A DNA stretch of 64,000 nucleotides from Acidobacteriota bacterium (GTDB taxonomy: Bacteria > Acidobacteriota > UBA6911 > RPQK01 > JAJDTT01). Each line of letters starts with the position of its first letter. Position 1 is the first letter of the stretch. The notes beneath the pieces are model-generated. The model was given only the letters and a program-made list of their open reading frames with translations. It had not been told where the DNA came from and did not search any database. Of the stretch, positions 18,677-27,950 are shown piece after piece. The translations under genes and the position numbers were made by a program. The stretch is taken from positions 3,872,001 to 3,936,000 of the forward strand of contig OZ242374.1 in NCBI GenBank assembly GCA_965209055.1, written 5' to 3'.

Positions 18677-20019
18677 CGGAGATATTGCGGAGGGATCTGG
18701 GCGAAGGGCTGACCCTGAGGCAGGCCACCGCGGAGGATACTGACGCCGCTGCGGAGTTCCAGGCCCAGGTCCACCTTCCCCACACGTTTGCCGAGTCATT
18801 CAGAATCTGGACCCGGGACCTGATGAGCGGAGCCCTCCCGGGATTCCAGCCCGGCGACTTCACCGTGGTGGAAGACACGAGGTCCGGGGCCATCGTGTCG
18901 ATGCTGAACCTGATTCCGCAAACCTGGTCCTATGGCGGCATGGAAATAGGGGTTGGCCGTATCGAGCTAGTGTCCACGCATCCCGACTATCGAAGGCGCG
19001 GTCTGGTGCGGGCTCAGATGGACGCGGTCTATGAGATGAGTGCGGGGCGCGGCGAGAAGATGCAGGTGATCAGCGGCATCCCCTGGTTCTATCGCCAGTT
19101 CGGCTACGAGATGGCGCTGGAGTTCGGGATGGGGTACTCGTGCCCCGTCTCCAATTGGCCCGCACTCGGCGATGCCGTCCGGGAGCCTTGCACGGTACGC
19201 CCCGCGGCCGAAGGGGACCTGCCATTCATGGCCCGCTTGTACGACGCGGCCATGGGGCGCTACCTGGTCTCTTGCGTCCGCGGCGAGAGGCTGTGGAGGT
19301 ACGAGCTGAACGGGCGGAGCGGGAACACCTATTCCGAGTTGGAGATTTGCGTCGTGGAAGCCGCGACCGGTGAGCCGGTGGGACTCATTGTGCACATCCG
19401 GGGTCTTTGGGACGGTGAACCCTGCGTTATTCTCTACGAGTTGAAGGAAGGCGTCTCCTGGCGCGAGGTCACTCCCGGCGTCGTGAGGCATCTCTGGAGG
19501 ATGGGCGAGGCGTACAGCGCGCGGCAGGCTCGACGCGCGTTTCGAAACGTGGCGTTCGAGCTGGGTACGGAACACCCGGCGTATGAGGTGATGCACGACC
19601 GGTCGCCGCGTATGAAGCGGATACGCGCATGGTATGTCCGGGTGCCCGACATTGCCGGATTCCTGCGGCACGTCATGCCGGTCTTGGAACGGCGGTTGGC
19701 GGATTCGGCGGCGGCGGGTTACGGCGGCCGGCTCACGATCGGCTTCGTCGATCACGGAGTGGACCTGTTGTTCGACAACGGGCGTGTGGCAGAGGTCGAG
19801 AGATTGGCCCGGCCGCGGAAGGGCGGCAACTGGCTGAATTCCGGGACCTGCGACGCCTTCTTCCCCGGGCTGGTTTTCTTGCAGTTGCTCTTCGGGTTCC
19901 GCGCCGCGGATGAACTCCAGTACGCCATTCCCGACTGCGATATCGGGTCCCCGGAGACGCGCAGTTTGCTCAATGCCTTGTTTCCCAAACTGCCGTCGCA
20001 CGTCTGGGGTGTCTGGTGA
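18673..20019 (+). CDS. GNAT acetyltransferase, Eis-like
   Basis: VSTHPDYRRRGL acetyl-CoA motif, GIPWFYRQFGYE, a second GNAT-like domain and an SCP2-like C-terminus. Confidence 0.8.
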   Translation: MTEILRRDLGEGLTLRQATAEDTDAAAEFQAQVHLPHTFAESFRIWTRDLMSGALPGFQPGDFTVVEDTRSGAIVSMLNLIPQTWSYGGMEIGVGRIELVSTHPDYRRRGLVRAQMDAVYEMSAGRGEKMQVISGIPWFYRQFGYEMALEFGMGYSCPVSNWPALGDAVREPCTVRPAAEGDLPFMARLYDAAMGRYLVSCVRGERLWRYELNGRSGNTYSELEICVVEAATGEPVGLIVHIRGLWDGEPCVILYELKEGVSWREVTPGVVRHLWRMGEAYSARQARRAFRNVAFELGTEHPAYEVMHDRSPRMKRIRAWYVRVPDIAGFLRHVMPVLERRLADSAAAGYGGRLTIGFVDHGVDLLFDNGRVAEVERLARPRKGGNWLNSGTCDAFFPGLVFLQLLFGFRAADELQYAIPDCDIGSPETRSLLNALFPKLPSHVWGVW

Positions 20020-20198
20020 GTATGGACCCAATTGTCAGTTTTCCGCCTCGCCGCTGGAGCGGCGTATATTGGAGATCCGTCACCCGTGAAAACGTGCGAA
20101 ACTTTCGCCTTTTTCGGAGTACTTCCGTTAGTTTGAGTTAACGGGCATTACCCCGAGGGGGAGCTGGTCGAGCTTGGATTCCCCCGCCATGGAGTGTG

Positions 20199-20237
20199 AA
20201 TATCCACTTGCAACACTACATGTTGCAAGTGGATATT
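20199..20237. promoter_or_regulatory. Perfect 17-bp inverted repeat, likely higA operator
   Basis: AATATCCACTTGCAACA-CTACA-TGTTGCAAGTGGATATT, ending 10 nt before the higA ATG. Confidence 0.65.
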
Positions 20238-20246
20238 ATTTCAGTC

Positions 20247-20516
20247 ATGCCCATGTACGACCCGCCACACCCAGGCGAGATGATCCGAAACATTCTGGAA
20301 GACAGAGAGGTTGGCTGGACTGTAACGGAGTGTGCCCGGCGGCTCGACGTAGCGCGGAACACATTATCACGGTTGCTCAATGGCCGTATCGGAATCTCGC
20401 CAAGAATGGCGTTGGCATTGGAAAGAATCGGTTGGAGCAACGCGGATCACTGGATGCGGCTTCAAGCGGCCTACGACTTGGCGCAAGAGAGGCGCAAGAA
20501 TGCAGATCCCGCGTGA
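20247..20516 (+). CDS. higA: HigA family antitoxin (HTH), no adjacent toxin
   Basis: MYDPPHPGE, LSRLLNGRIGISPRMALAL and WMRLQAAYDL. Confidence 0.88.
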   Translation: MPMYDPPHPGEMIRNILEDREVGWTVTECARRLDVARNTLSRLLNGRIGISPRMALALERIGWSNADHWMRLQAAYDLAQERRKNADPA

Positions 20517-20702
20517 GATGGAGCCTACCGAAGGGGAATCAGGAGCTGGCTACAGGGTGCTGTTCTGGCTGGCCAATTTCTGGACGAGTTCCCCGACATC
20601 ATGCCCACCAACCAGGGCATCGCGGCACGGAGCCATTACTCCGCCGCACCGGTCCGCCGCCATGCTGTTGTCTTGAACCGTCCTTTTCCTCAAGGATCGT
20701 GA

Positions 20703-21707
20703 TCAGCCGCAGTAGGCGCTCCCGGCATCATGGTGTGCGGCGAGTGAAGCGCACATGCAGGCTAGCCGGCGGCGCAGGGTGGCCGGTTTCTCCACCGTGA
20801 CGCTGTCGCCCCAAGTGAAGAGATGCCAGCACATCTCGTCGAGGCCACCGGCCTCGAAACGCACCGTGAGCGAGCCGTCAGGGTTCTTGGTGAGGGACTG
20901 GCCGGGATGGAACAGGAACGTGCCTGCATCGCCGGCTACACCGGCCTCGAATCGCAGGACCGTCTCGACCCGTGGTTCCTGGAACACACCAAATGAACGC
21001 TCCGCGAAGCGCTGCAGATCGAACGCCGGGTCGCGCTCGAACGTTTCGTTGGAAGCGCAGGCCTCACTTATGTTCACGAGCCGCCAAAGCCGCATACCGT
21101 CCGCCCATTTTGTCCGCGCGACCAGGAATGCCCGGTTTCCGTAGAGTACGCCGTAGGGCTGGACGCGCTGCGAGCTGCGCCGCCCCGTTGACCGGGAGAT
21201 GTACTCAAAATCCACCGTGCGTCTCGTCGTGATGGCATCCCGCAGCAAAGAGAGCAGGCCTTTTTCGAGCTGCTGTCTGGGCCCCGGGCGCATGGCGAGC
21301 CCCTCAACCTGCATGAGAGCCCCCAGAATGGCATCGGACTCCCCCTCAGCGGCGGGACGCCGCAGGGCGCGGAGCTTGCCCGCCAGTTCCTGGAGCACGA
21401 TGGCCCGTTCGGCCGGACCGGTCCGGTCCAAACTCTTGGCGGCAGACTCAACTTCCGCCAACTCCTCGGGGTTGATTCGGATAAACGGACGGACGGCGGC
21501 AGATCGGAGCTGCCAGTGGTGCCGCCTGTCGTCACGGTCCACCCTCTGTAGCGGACCAAAAGCTGCCTCGACTGCATCGCGCATCCGTTCCGCCGTACGG
21601 CGGCTGACGCCGAACTCCTCGCAGATATCGTCCAGCGTCAATCCGCTCAACGTTCCCTGGAGCCGAATCGCCAAGCGCACGATGTCAGTAACCCGTTGGT
21701 AGCGCAT
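20703..21707 (-). CDS. WYL-domain transcriptional regulator, DriD-like
   Basis: wHTH GLTLD...GVSRRTAERMRDAV, WYL-region PYGVLYGNRAFL and WRL, and WCX WHLFTWGD. These match recalled Caulobacter DriD segments. Confidence 0.88.
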   Translation of the reverse strand: MRYQRVTDIVRLAIRLQGTLSGLTLDDICEEFGVSRRTAERMRDAVEAAFGPLQRVDRDDRRHHWQLRSAAVRPFIRINPEELAEVESAAKSLDRTGPAERAIVLQELAGKLRALRRPAAEGESDAILGALMQVEGLAMRPGPRQQLEKGLLSLLRDAITTRRTVDFEYISRSTGRRSSQRVQPYGVLYGNRAFLVARTKWADGMRLWRLVNISEACASNETFERDPAFDLQRFAERSFGVFQEPRVETVLRFEAGVAGDAGTFLFHPGQSLTKNPDGSLTVRFEAGGLDEMCWHLFTWGDSVTVEKPATLRRRLACMCASLAAHHDAGSAYCG

Positions 21708-21805
21708 TCCGTCATTTCCTCCCAGGTCGCTGCTTGATTATGGCACCTGCGCCGGAATGCCGGCTTGTATTCGGGAAGCGAATTTTTTTCAGTATTGCCT
21801 AATTG

Positions 21806-21824
21806 TACGTCCGGATCTGACGTA
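21806..21824. promoter_or_regulatory. DriD-box-like palindrome TACGTC-N7-GACGTA
   Basis: Lies in the divergent intergenic region, just upstream of a possible -10 (TAAGCT) for the AAA gene. Confidence 0.55.
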
Positions 21825-21857
21825 TTAGCCTGCTAAGCTCCCTTTACACGACATTTT

Positions 21858-23948
21858 ATGGGGGTGAAAACGATGCTGAACGCGTACGAACGGCGCCTGA
21901 TTCTGTCCTATCTCTCGAACTTGGCCTCGCGCCTGCATCACCATCGCCCGGAAGCGCGGGCAGTGGCCGAGTGGGTCGCCGAGGGAGGCGGCCATCTGAT
22001 GGTGGCGGATTGTTCTGCGGGACTCCTTGAGAAAAAAATTTCCGCCTACTCCCGCGGAGAATTGTCCGCAGCTCGATGGCAGCAACTACAGGTCATCTTC
22101 AAGAGTGAGCAGGCTGCGGCGAAACGCGTTCGCGCCGACCGGACGGCGCTCCGAATACGGCGTCTGGGGCGCGAGATGCAGCTTTCTCGAACGGACGTTG
22201 CGATCCTCGAGCTTCTGCTGCGCTACCACACGAAGCCGGCCATCGAGTCGATCCTCGACGATGTTTTCAGGGGGGGCTCCGGAAGGTTCGTGCGTGTCCT
22301 CGACGTCAAGAACCGCACGGTTCCGGACCTGCTCGGCTTGACGGTTGGCTCGTGTTTCTCCCGCTTTGCACCTCAAGCGCCGCTGGTGCGGTCGGGGCTT
22401 GTGTCCATCGACGACGATGGGGAAATCAAACCCATCGACCGATTGAAGAGGCTCGTACATACCCCGGGAAACCGCGTCATCGATGCGCGGAGCCTGCTGT
22501 TCGACGTGGCGCCCTCGGGAGAACTCGAATGGTCCGACTTCGAGCATGTCGCTGAAGACCGCGACCACGTCGAAAGCCTGATCAAGGGCGCGCTGCAGGC
22601 CCGGGAAAAAGGCGTCAACATCTTGATTTACGGTTCTCCCGGGACCGGAAAAACCGAGTTCTGCAGAACCCTGGCCCGTCGGCTGACGGTGAAGCTCTAC
22701 AGCATCGGCGAAGCGGACGAGTGGGGTCACGAGCCCACTCGTTCCGAAAGGCTTCAGGAACTCCGGCTCGCGCAGCGGATGCTGGGCAGCGGCCGGGATT
22801 CGATTCTGTTGTTCGACGAAATGGAAGATCTGCTTCGGGACCCGGCTGCCAGGAGCATGCCGTTTTTCGGACAGGCGGCCCGCAGTCGGTTTCGGGCAGG
22901 TGGTTCGAAGGTGTTCATGAACCGGCTGCTGGAAGAGAACGCGGTGCCTACATTGTGGACATCGAATTCCGCCCGGCAGACCTGTCCCGCGCTGTTGCGC
23001 CGCATGATGTTCGCCTTGGAACTGCGCCAACCCTCGGCTCAGGTCCGGACGCGTGTCTGGGCCCGGCAGCTCGCCGGCCACGGTATCGAAGCGAGCGTGG
23101 AGGAGGCAGGCTCGCTGGCCAGGGAGTACGACGTGACGCCCGGCGTGGCGGCCGGCGTGACTGCTGCCGCCCGACTCGTGGAGGGAGGGGATATTTCTAC
23201 GGTTCGGTGCGGTGTACGCAGCCTGTCGCGGCTATTGTCGGGCGAAACCCCTCCTCAACGGACGCCCTCCAGATTCGATCCCTCCCTGATTCGCGCCGAC
23301 ATCGATCCGGCGGTCCTTGGCGATCGCTTGGCCGCGCTCGGCCCGGGGCGTGTTTCGCTTTGTCTGAGTGGGCCGCCCGGCACCGGGAAAAGCGCCTGCG
23401 TCCGCTATTTGGCCGAGCAGATGGGATTTCCGGTCGTACAGAAACGCGCCTCCGACCTGATGTCCAAGTGGGTGGGAGAAACCGAGCAGCGCATCGCCGC
23501 CGCCTTCGCCGAGGCGCGAAACGCAAAACAAGTCCTCGTCTTCGACGAAGCCGACTCGTTGCTCGCCGACCGGAGGCGGGCCCAGCGGTCATGGGAGGTG
23601 AGTCAAGTCAACGAAATGCTGACCTGGATGGAAGGTCATCCCCTGCCATTCGCCTGCACCACCAACTTGAGCGAGCGCCTTGACCCTGCGACCTTGCGGC
23701 GTTTCGACTTCAAGATCACGCTTGGTTACCTTGCGCCCAGGCAGGTGATGGCGGCTTTCCGCACCTTCTTTGGCCTCACGCCCCCGCCGGGAATCACGGA
23801 TCTCGCCAACCTCACGCCGGGAGATTTTGTCGTGGTTCGCCGGAGGGCCGAGATCCTCGACAAGCTGAGAGATCCGGAGGCTCTCGCCGCCATGCTGCGG
23901 GAGGAATGCGAAGCCAAACCGGATCGTCCGACGGCGATTGGCTTCTGA
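21858..23948 (+). CDS. Tandem AAA+ ATPase
   Basis: Two Walker A motifs (GSPGTGKT, GPPGTGKS), two Walker B motifs (LLFDEME, LVFDEAD), LRR arginine fingers and a C-terminal IGF. Confidence 0.92.
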   Translation: MGVKTMLNAYERRLILSYLSNLASRLHHHRPEARAVAEWVAEGGGHLMVADCSAGLLEKKISAYSRGELSAARWQQLQVIFKSEQAAAKRVRADRTALRIRRLGREMQLSRTDVAILELLLRYHTKPAIESILDDVFRGGSGRFVRVLDVKNRTVPDLLGLTVGSCFSRFAPQAPLVRSGLVSIDDDGEIKPIDRLKRLVHTPGNRVIDARSLLFDVAPSGELEWSDFEHVAEDRDHVESLIKGALQAREKGVNILIYGSPGTGKTEFCRTLARRLTVKLYSIGEADEWGHEPTRSERLQELRLAQRMLGSGRDSILLFDEMEDLLRDPAARSMPFFGQAARSRFRAGGSKVFMNRLLEENAVPTLWTSNSARQTCPALLRRMMFALELRQPSAQVRTRVWARQLAGHGIEASVEEAGSLAREYDVTPGVAAGVTAAARLVEGGDISTVRCGVRSLSRLLSGETPPQRTPSRFDPSLIRADIDPAVLGDRLAALGPGRVSLCLSGPPGTGKSACVRYLAEQMGFPVVQKRASDLMSKWVGETEQRIAAAFAEARNAKQVLVFDEADSLLADRRRAQRSWEVSQVNEMLTWMEGHPLPFACTTNLSERLDPATLRRFDFKITLGYLAPRQVMAAFRTFFGLTPPPGITDLANLTPGDFVVVRRRAEILDKLRDPEALAAMLREECEAKPDRPTAIGF

Positions 23949-24333
23949 GGCCATGCGGTTGCGCCTCTGCACATGGGGCAAGGGGAAACAATGACGGTGG
24001 CGTGGTGGCAGACTGACTGGATGGTTTTCGGGAAGCACGGCAAACTGGACATGTCCGGAACCATCCGGAACCTGAAGCAGGTCGGGAAGGTCGTGAGAGA
24101 CGCTATGCCGTCAAGTTAATGAGGACATCCACTCTTCGGTGGTGCCTAGGCGACGTTCGCGGCGGCAGGATCCGCCCATTCACCGGCGGACCAAACCGAC
24201 GCTGAGAATACCGGGGGAAGGCAGAGCGGCCCGCGCCTTCGGCGAGCTTCAAAATATTGAAATCTCCTTGGTCCGTCGTTGATGCGCTTCCAGCGCGTTT
24301 CGCTGGCGCCTGGTAGACCACGCGCGTCCAAGC

Positions 24334-25848
24334 TCACCGAAAACGTAGCGAAAACAGGTCGGCGTCCTTCATCACCAGCCGCAGCCGGACCGGTTTGCCC
24401 GCGATCCGCTTCAGCGGCTCGTCCGTCGTTGCCCCGGAGTGGGAACGTTTCCAGCGCACCGTCTGCTCGATCTCGTCTCCCCAGACCAGCGGGGATTCCT
24501 CCAGAGCGAAGCCGGGAAGCGGCCGTCCCGCTTCGTCCTGGATCTCGATGTGGATGCTTCCCGCCGCCGACGTGGCGTAGTTGAGCACCAGGTTGCTCCC
24601 CTCAAAGGTCAGCGGCTTGGTCACCACCTCGCCTCCGCGATAGCCGGCGTTGAGCGAGACGAACCCGTCGGTTCTCAGGACCATCCGCTCCATGTGAATG
24701 GTGGGGAACTTGTAGTGGCGGAGCACGTAGAGGGAGATCTCGTCATTTCCGGTGGAAACCACTCCGGTGGCCGTCATGTTGGTGCGGTTGTACCAGTTCC
24801 TCTTCTCGCGTCCGGGCCGAATGAAGGCTTGAGGGAACCTGCGGTCCCAGTTCAGACCGTCGCGGCTGGTCATGAACACCGTCTCGGAAACCCCGTTCTC
24901 GGGCGCGTCGGGAATCCGGGTCCGCCAGGGAACGAAACGCTTGGGAAAGCCCAGGAAGATGTGGAGCGCCCGGAAGTAGGGCGTGATTCCGTTGGTGTAG
25001 AATTGGTCCCGCGGCCCCTCCCCCAGCTTGATGTCCTCCAGCTTGCTCCAGTTCAGGAAATCGGGCGAGGTGGCCCGGGCGACGGCCCGGATTGTGGGCA
25101 TCCGGCGCTCGCCGGAGCCGGTGTGGCGGGGTGGATACCAGACCCGGAGGTAAGCGACGTACTCATTCCGGAACCCGTCCCAGAAGATCTCGTCTCCTCC
25201 CCAGTCCGTGGGAGGCTGCGTCAGGATGGCCTCTTCACGGATGGGCTTCCAGTGGATCCCGTCGGGCGAAACCATCCCGACCATGCGTTTCAAAGGGGTG
25301 TTGGGTTGTCCTGACGCCAACGCCTTGTACCTTTCCTCGGGAGGAGTCTTGGGATTGGTGTCCAGGAAGACCATGAAGTTGTGATTGCCGAACCGGTCCC
25401 AGATGATGTTGTTCTGTTTCGACCCGTTGAATTCCACCAGGCCCAGCGCGGGCTTGGTCCAGGTCCGGCCGTCCCGGCTCTCGGCGTAGCAGGTGACTTC
25501 GGGATGTTCGGGGACCATGGTCTCCCCCGGTTCCAGAAGGGACGGGGCTGCGGATCTCGTGAGGCTGTGGCCCCGGTAATAGATGCGATAGAGGCCGTCG
25601 CCGTGAACGACCGAGGTGTAGAAGCAGGTCGTGCCCTCCCACGGCTTGTCGAAGTCGAGCACCTTTCCGCCGGAGGTGGGAGTCTGGAGCTCCAGCCGGA
25701 CGTCCCCCGTCATGGAGTCGATCAAGTAGTCGTCCACCATGAGTTCCAAGCGGTCTCCGACGTCCAGGGGTTTGGCCTTGTGATCGCCGCCGGCGGCCAA
25801 CGGTGGGGTCGTGAACAACAAAGCCGCGAGCAGAGTTGCTCTCATCAT
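24334..25848 (-). CDS. Exported beta-propeller glycosidase-like hypothetical protein (paralog B)
   Basis: Colinear with, and highly similar to, 13856-15370 at DNA and protein level. Confidence 0.7.
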   Translation of the reverse strand: MMRATLLAALLFTTPPLAAGGDHKAKPLDVGDRLELMVDDYLIDSMTGDVRLELQTPTSGGKVLDFDKPWEGTTCFYTSVVHGDGLYRIYYRGHSLTRSAAPSLLEPGETMVPEHPEVTCYAESRDGRTWTKPALGLVEFNGSKQNNIIWDRFGNHNFMVFLDTNPKTPPEERYKALASGQPNTPLKRMVGMVSPDGIHWKPIREEAILTQPPTDWGGDEIFWDGFRNEYVAYLRVWYPPRHTGSGERRMPTIRAVARATSPDFLNWSKLEDIKLGEGPRDQFYTNGITPYFRALHIFLGFPKRFVPWRTRIPDAPENGVSETVFMTSRDGLNWDRRFPQAFIRPGREKRNWYNRTNMTATGVVSTGNDEISLYVLRHYKFPTIHMERMVLRTDGFVSLNAGYRGGEVVTKPLTFEGSNLVLNYATSAAGSIHIEIQDEAGRPLPGFALEESPLVWGDEIEQTVRWKRSHSGATTDEPLKRIAGKPVRLRLVMKDADLFSLRFR

Positions 25849-26033
25849 CTGCATTCTCCTTGCGCCCCTGTCAGGAACGGAGAGCGAGTCTATCCATCCG
25901 GCCTCCACTGGTCAAAATGGGACGAACGGGCGTTCTTGAATTGGCGGAGTCGGCGAAGGAAACTGAACCAGTTCAGGCCGTACACTGGCGCATGATGCCG
26001 TGCAGCCAATCTTGGCCGCGGAGGTCGTTCGGG

Positions 26034-27950
26034 ATGAAGTGGAATCGGAAGAACCTGACCTGGATCGCCGCCCCGTTTCTGGCAGCGGCATGTGCCAGCG
26101 CCGGGTTCGCCCTCCAACCTCAATCCGAATCTGGAGCCGACGAAGGCAAGGCGTCGGAACCCTACCGGGTCGGGGGAAAACGGGACGGTCCCAGTTTCTT
26201 CCCCCGGGTCCACTACCCGGAAGTGAAGCCTCTGAAGGTAGGGGAACTGGACTTCCGGCACTATCCCACCTATGGCGAGATTCACGGGTTCCTCCGGAAG
26301 TGGTCTCGCGAGTATCCGCAGATATTGGAACTCTACTCGGTGGGCCGGAGCTTCGAGGGACGGGAGATCTGGCAGGTGACCGTCACCAACCGGGAGACGG
26401 GCAAGGATACGGACAAGCCGGCCATGTTCGCCGAGGGTGGGCGTCATTCGGGTGAGACCGCCAGCTCGGTCTCCATCGTCCAGCTCATTCACCAGTTGGT
26501 GACCGGGTATGGGAGAGATCCCGAGATCACGCACCTGGTGAATACCAAGGCCTTCTACCTGCGCCCGGTGAACAATCCCGATGGCACCGAGCTCTTCCTG
26601 AACACGGCCCAGACCAATCGCAGCTCGGTCCGTCCCCACGACACGGACGGGGACGGCCTCCTGGATGAGGATCCGGGCGAGGACCTGGACGGCGACGGCC
26701 TCCTGCTGCAGATGCGCCGTCACGTGGGAGAAGGGAAGGGAAACGCCATCCGGGACCCAAGAGATCCGGACCGGCTCATGAAGACGGTGCCCGAGGGGGA
26801 GGGGGACTGGCAGGTCGACCCGGAAGGCGTGGACAACGACGGGGACGGCAAGTTCAACGAGGACGGGATCGGCGGGCTCGACCTGCACCGAAACTACCCG
26901 GAGAACTGGCGGCCCGAACCGGGACGGGACGCCACGGAGCGGGGATTCACCCAGGTAGGAGCGGGCGAATACCCGCTGTCCGAGCCGGAGACGCGGGCGG
27001 TGGTCCTCTTCCTGCTGACCCATCCCAACGTGGCCATCGGCCAGTCCATGGACACGCCCATGGCCATGCACCTGCGCCCGCCCTCCACCAGCCGCAGCCA
27101 GGAGAGCATGGCCTCTGAGGACCTCAAGTGGTACGTCTACCTCGACAAGCAGGCGAAGGCGATTTCCGGGTACCCCTGGGCCGGCGACGTCTACGAGGAC
27201 TACAGGAACGTCCATCCCTTCCACGTCATCACCGGGGAACCGAGCCGGCCCATCCCCCTGTTCGGCCACGGGCCCGACTTTGGATATTCCTACTTCGGCT
27301 CCATCTGGTACAACGACGAGCTCTGGCACATCGGCCGGCAGGAGGACTACGACGGGGACGGCAGGCTGGACGACTATGACGCCCTGGTCTGGAATGACCG
27401 GGAGCGCGGCGGCAAGGAGTTCATCCCCTGGAAGAAGATCCCGCATCCCCAGTTGGAGGAGGTGGAGATCGGCGGGTTTACGCCCAAGTTCGCCTTTTGG
27501 AATCCACCCGTGGACCTGCTCGAGGAGTGGGCCAGCAAGAGCACCCGGTTCAATCTGTTCCTGGCCAAGCAGCTGCCGCAGGTCCGGATCTCACGGGTCC
27601 GGGTGAGGCCACTGGCTCCCGGGGACTATTCCATCGAGCTCACCTACCGCAACGTGGGCCATCTCCCCACGGCCCTGGTCCAGGCGCGGCTCGTCAAGAT
27701 CGTGAAACCGGACACGGCCCGGATCGAGTTCGACGACGAGCTTGTGGAGAGCGGCCGGGTGCAGGTCCTGGAGCCGTCGCTCCGCAGCAAGGACATCGAA
27801 GCGGGTTGGCTGGACCCGGCGGAGAACCGGACCGTGGCCTGGAGGGTCCGGCTGAAGGACGTCGAGTCGGTCGAGGCGAAGGTCTCCATTCACTCCACCC
27901 GGGGCGGCGTGGACCGGCGCCGGGTGAGGATTCCGGCGGGGGTTGAATGA
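26034..27950 (+). CDS. M14 family zinc carboxypeptidase, exported
   Basis: GGAGG RBS, GRSFEGR, HSGE (HxxE), NPDG, DLHRNY, LSEPET and DxDGDG calcium-binding repeats. Confidence 0.88.
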   Translation: MKWNRKNLTWIAAPFLAAACASAGFALQPQSESGADEGKASEPYRVGGKRDGPSFFPRVHYPEVKPLKVGELDFRHYPTYGEIHGFLRKWSREYPQILELYSVGRSFEGREIWQVTVTNRETGKDTDKPAMFAEGGRHSGETASSVSIVQLIHQLVTGYGRDPEITHLVNTKAFYLRPVNNPDGTELFLNTAQTNRSSVRPHDTDGDGLLDEDPGEDLDGDGLLLQMRRHVGEGKGNAIRDPRDPDRLMKTVPEGEGDWQVDPEGVDNDGDGKFNEDGIGGLDLHRNYPENWRPEPGRDATERGFTQVGAGEYPLSEPETRAVVLFLLTHPNVAIGQSMDTPMAMHLRPPSTSRSQESMASEDLKWYVYLDKQAKAISGYPWAGDVYEDYRNVHPFHVITGEPSRPIPLFGHGPDFGYSYFGSIWYNDELWHIGRQEDYDGDGRLDDYDALVWNDRERGGKEFIPWKKIPHPQLEEVEIGGFTPKFAFWNPPVDLLEEWASKSTRFNLFLAKQLPQVRISRVRVRPLAPGDYSIELTYRNVGHLPTALVQARLVKIVKPDTARIEFDDELVESGRVQVLEPSLRSKDIEAGWLDPAENRTVAWRVRLKDVESVEAKVSIHSTRGGVDRRRVRIPAGVE

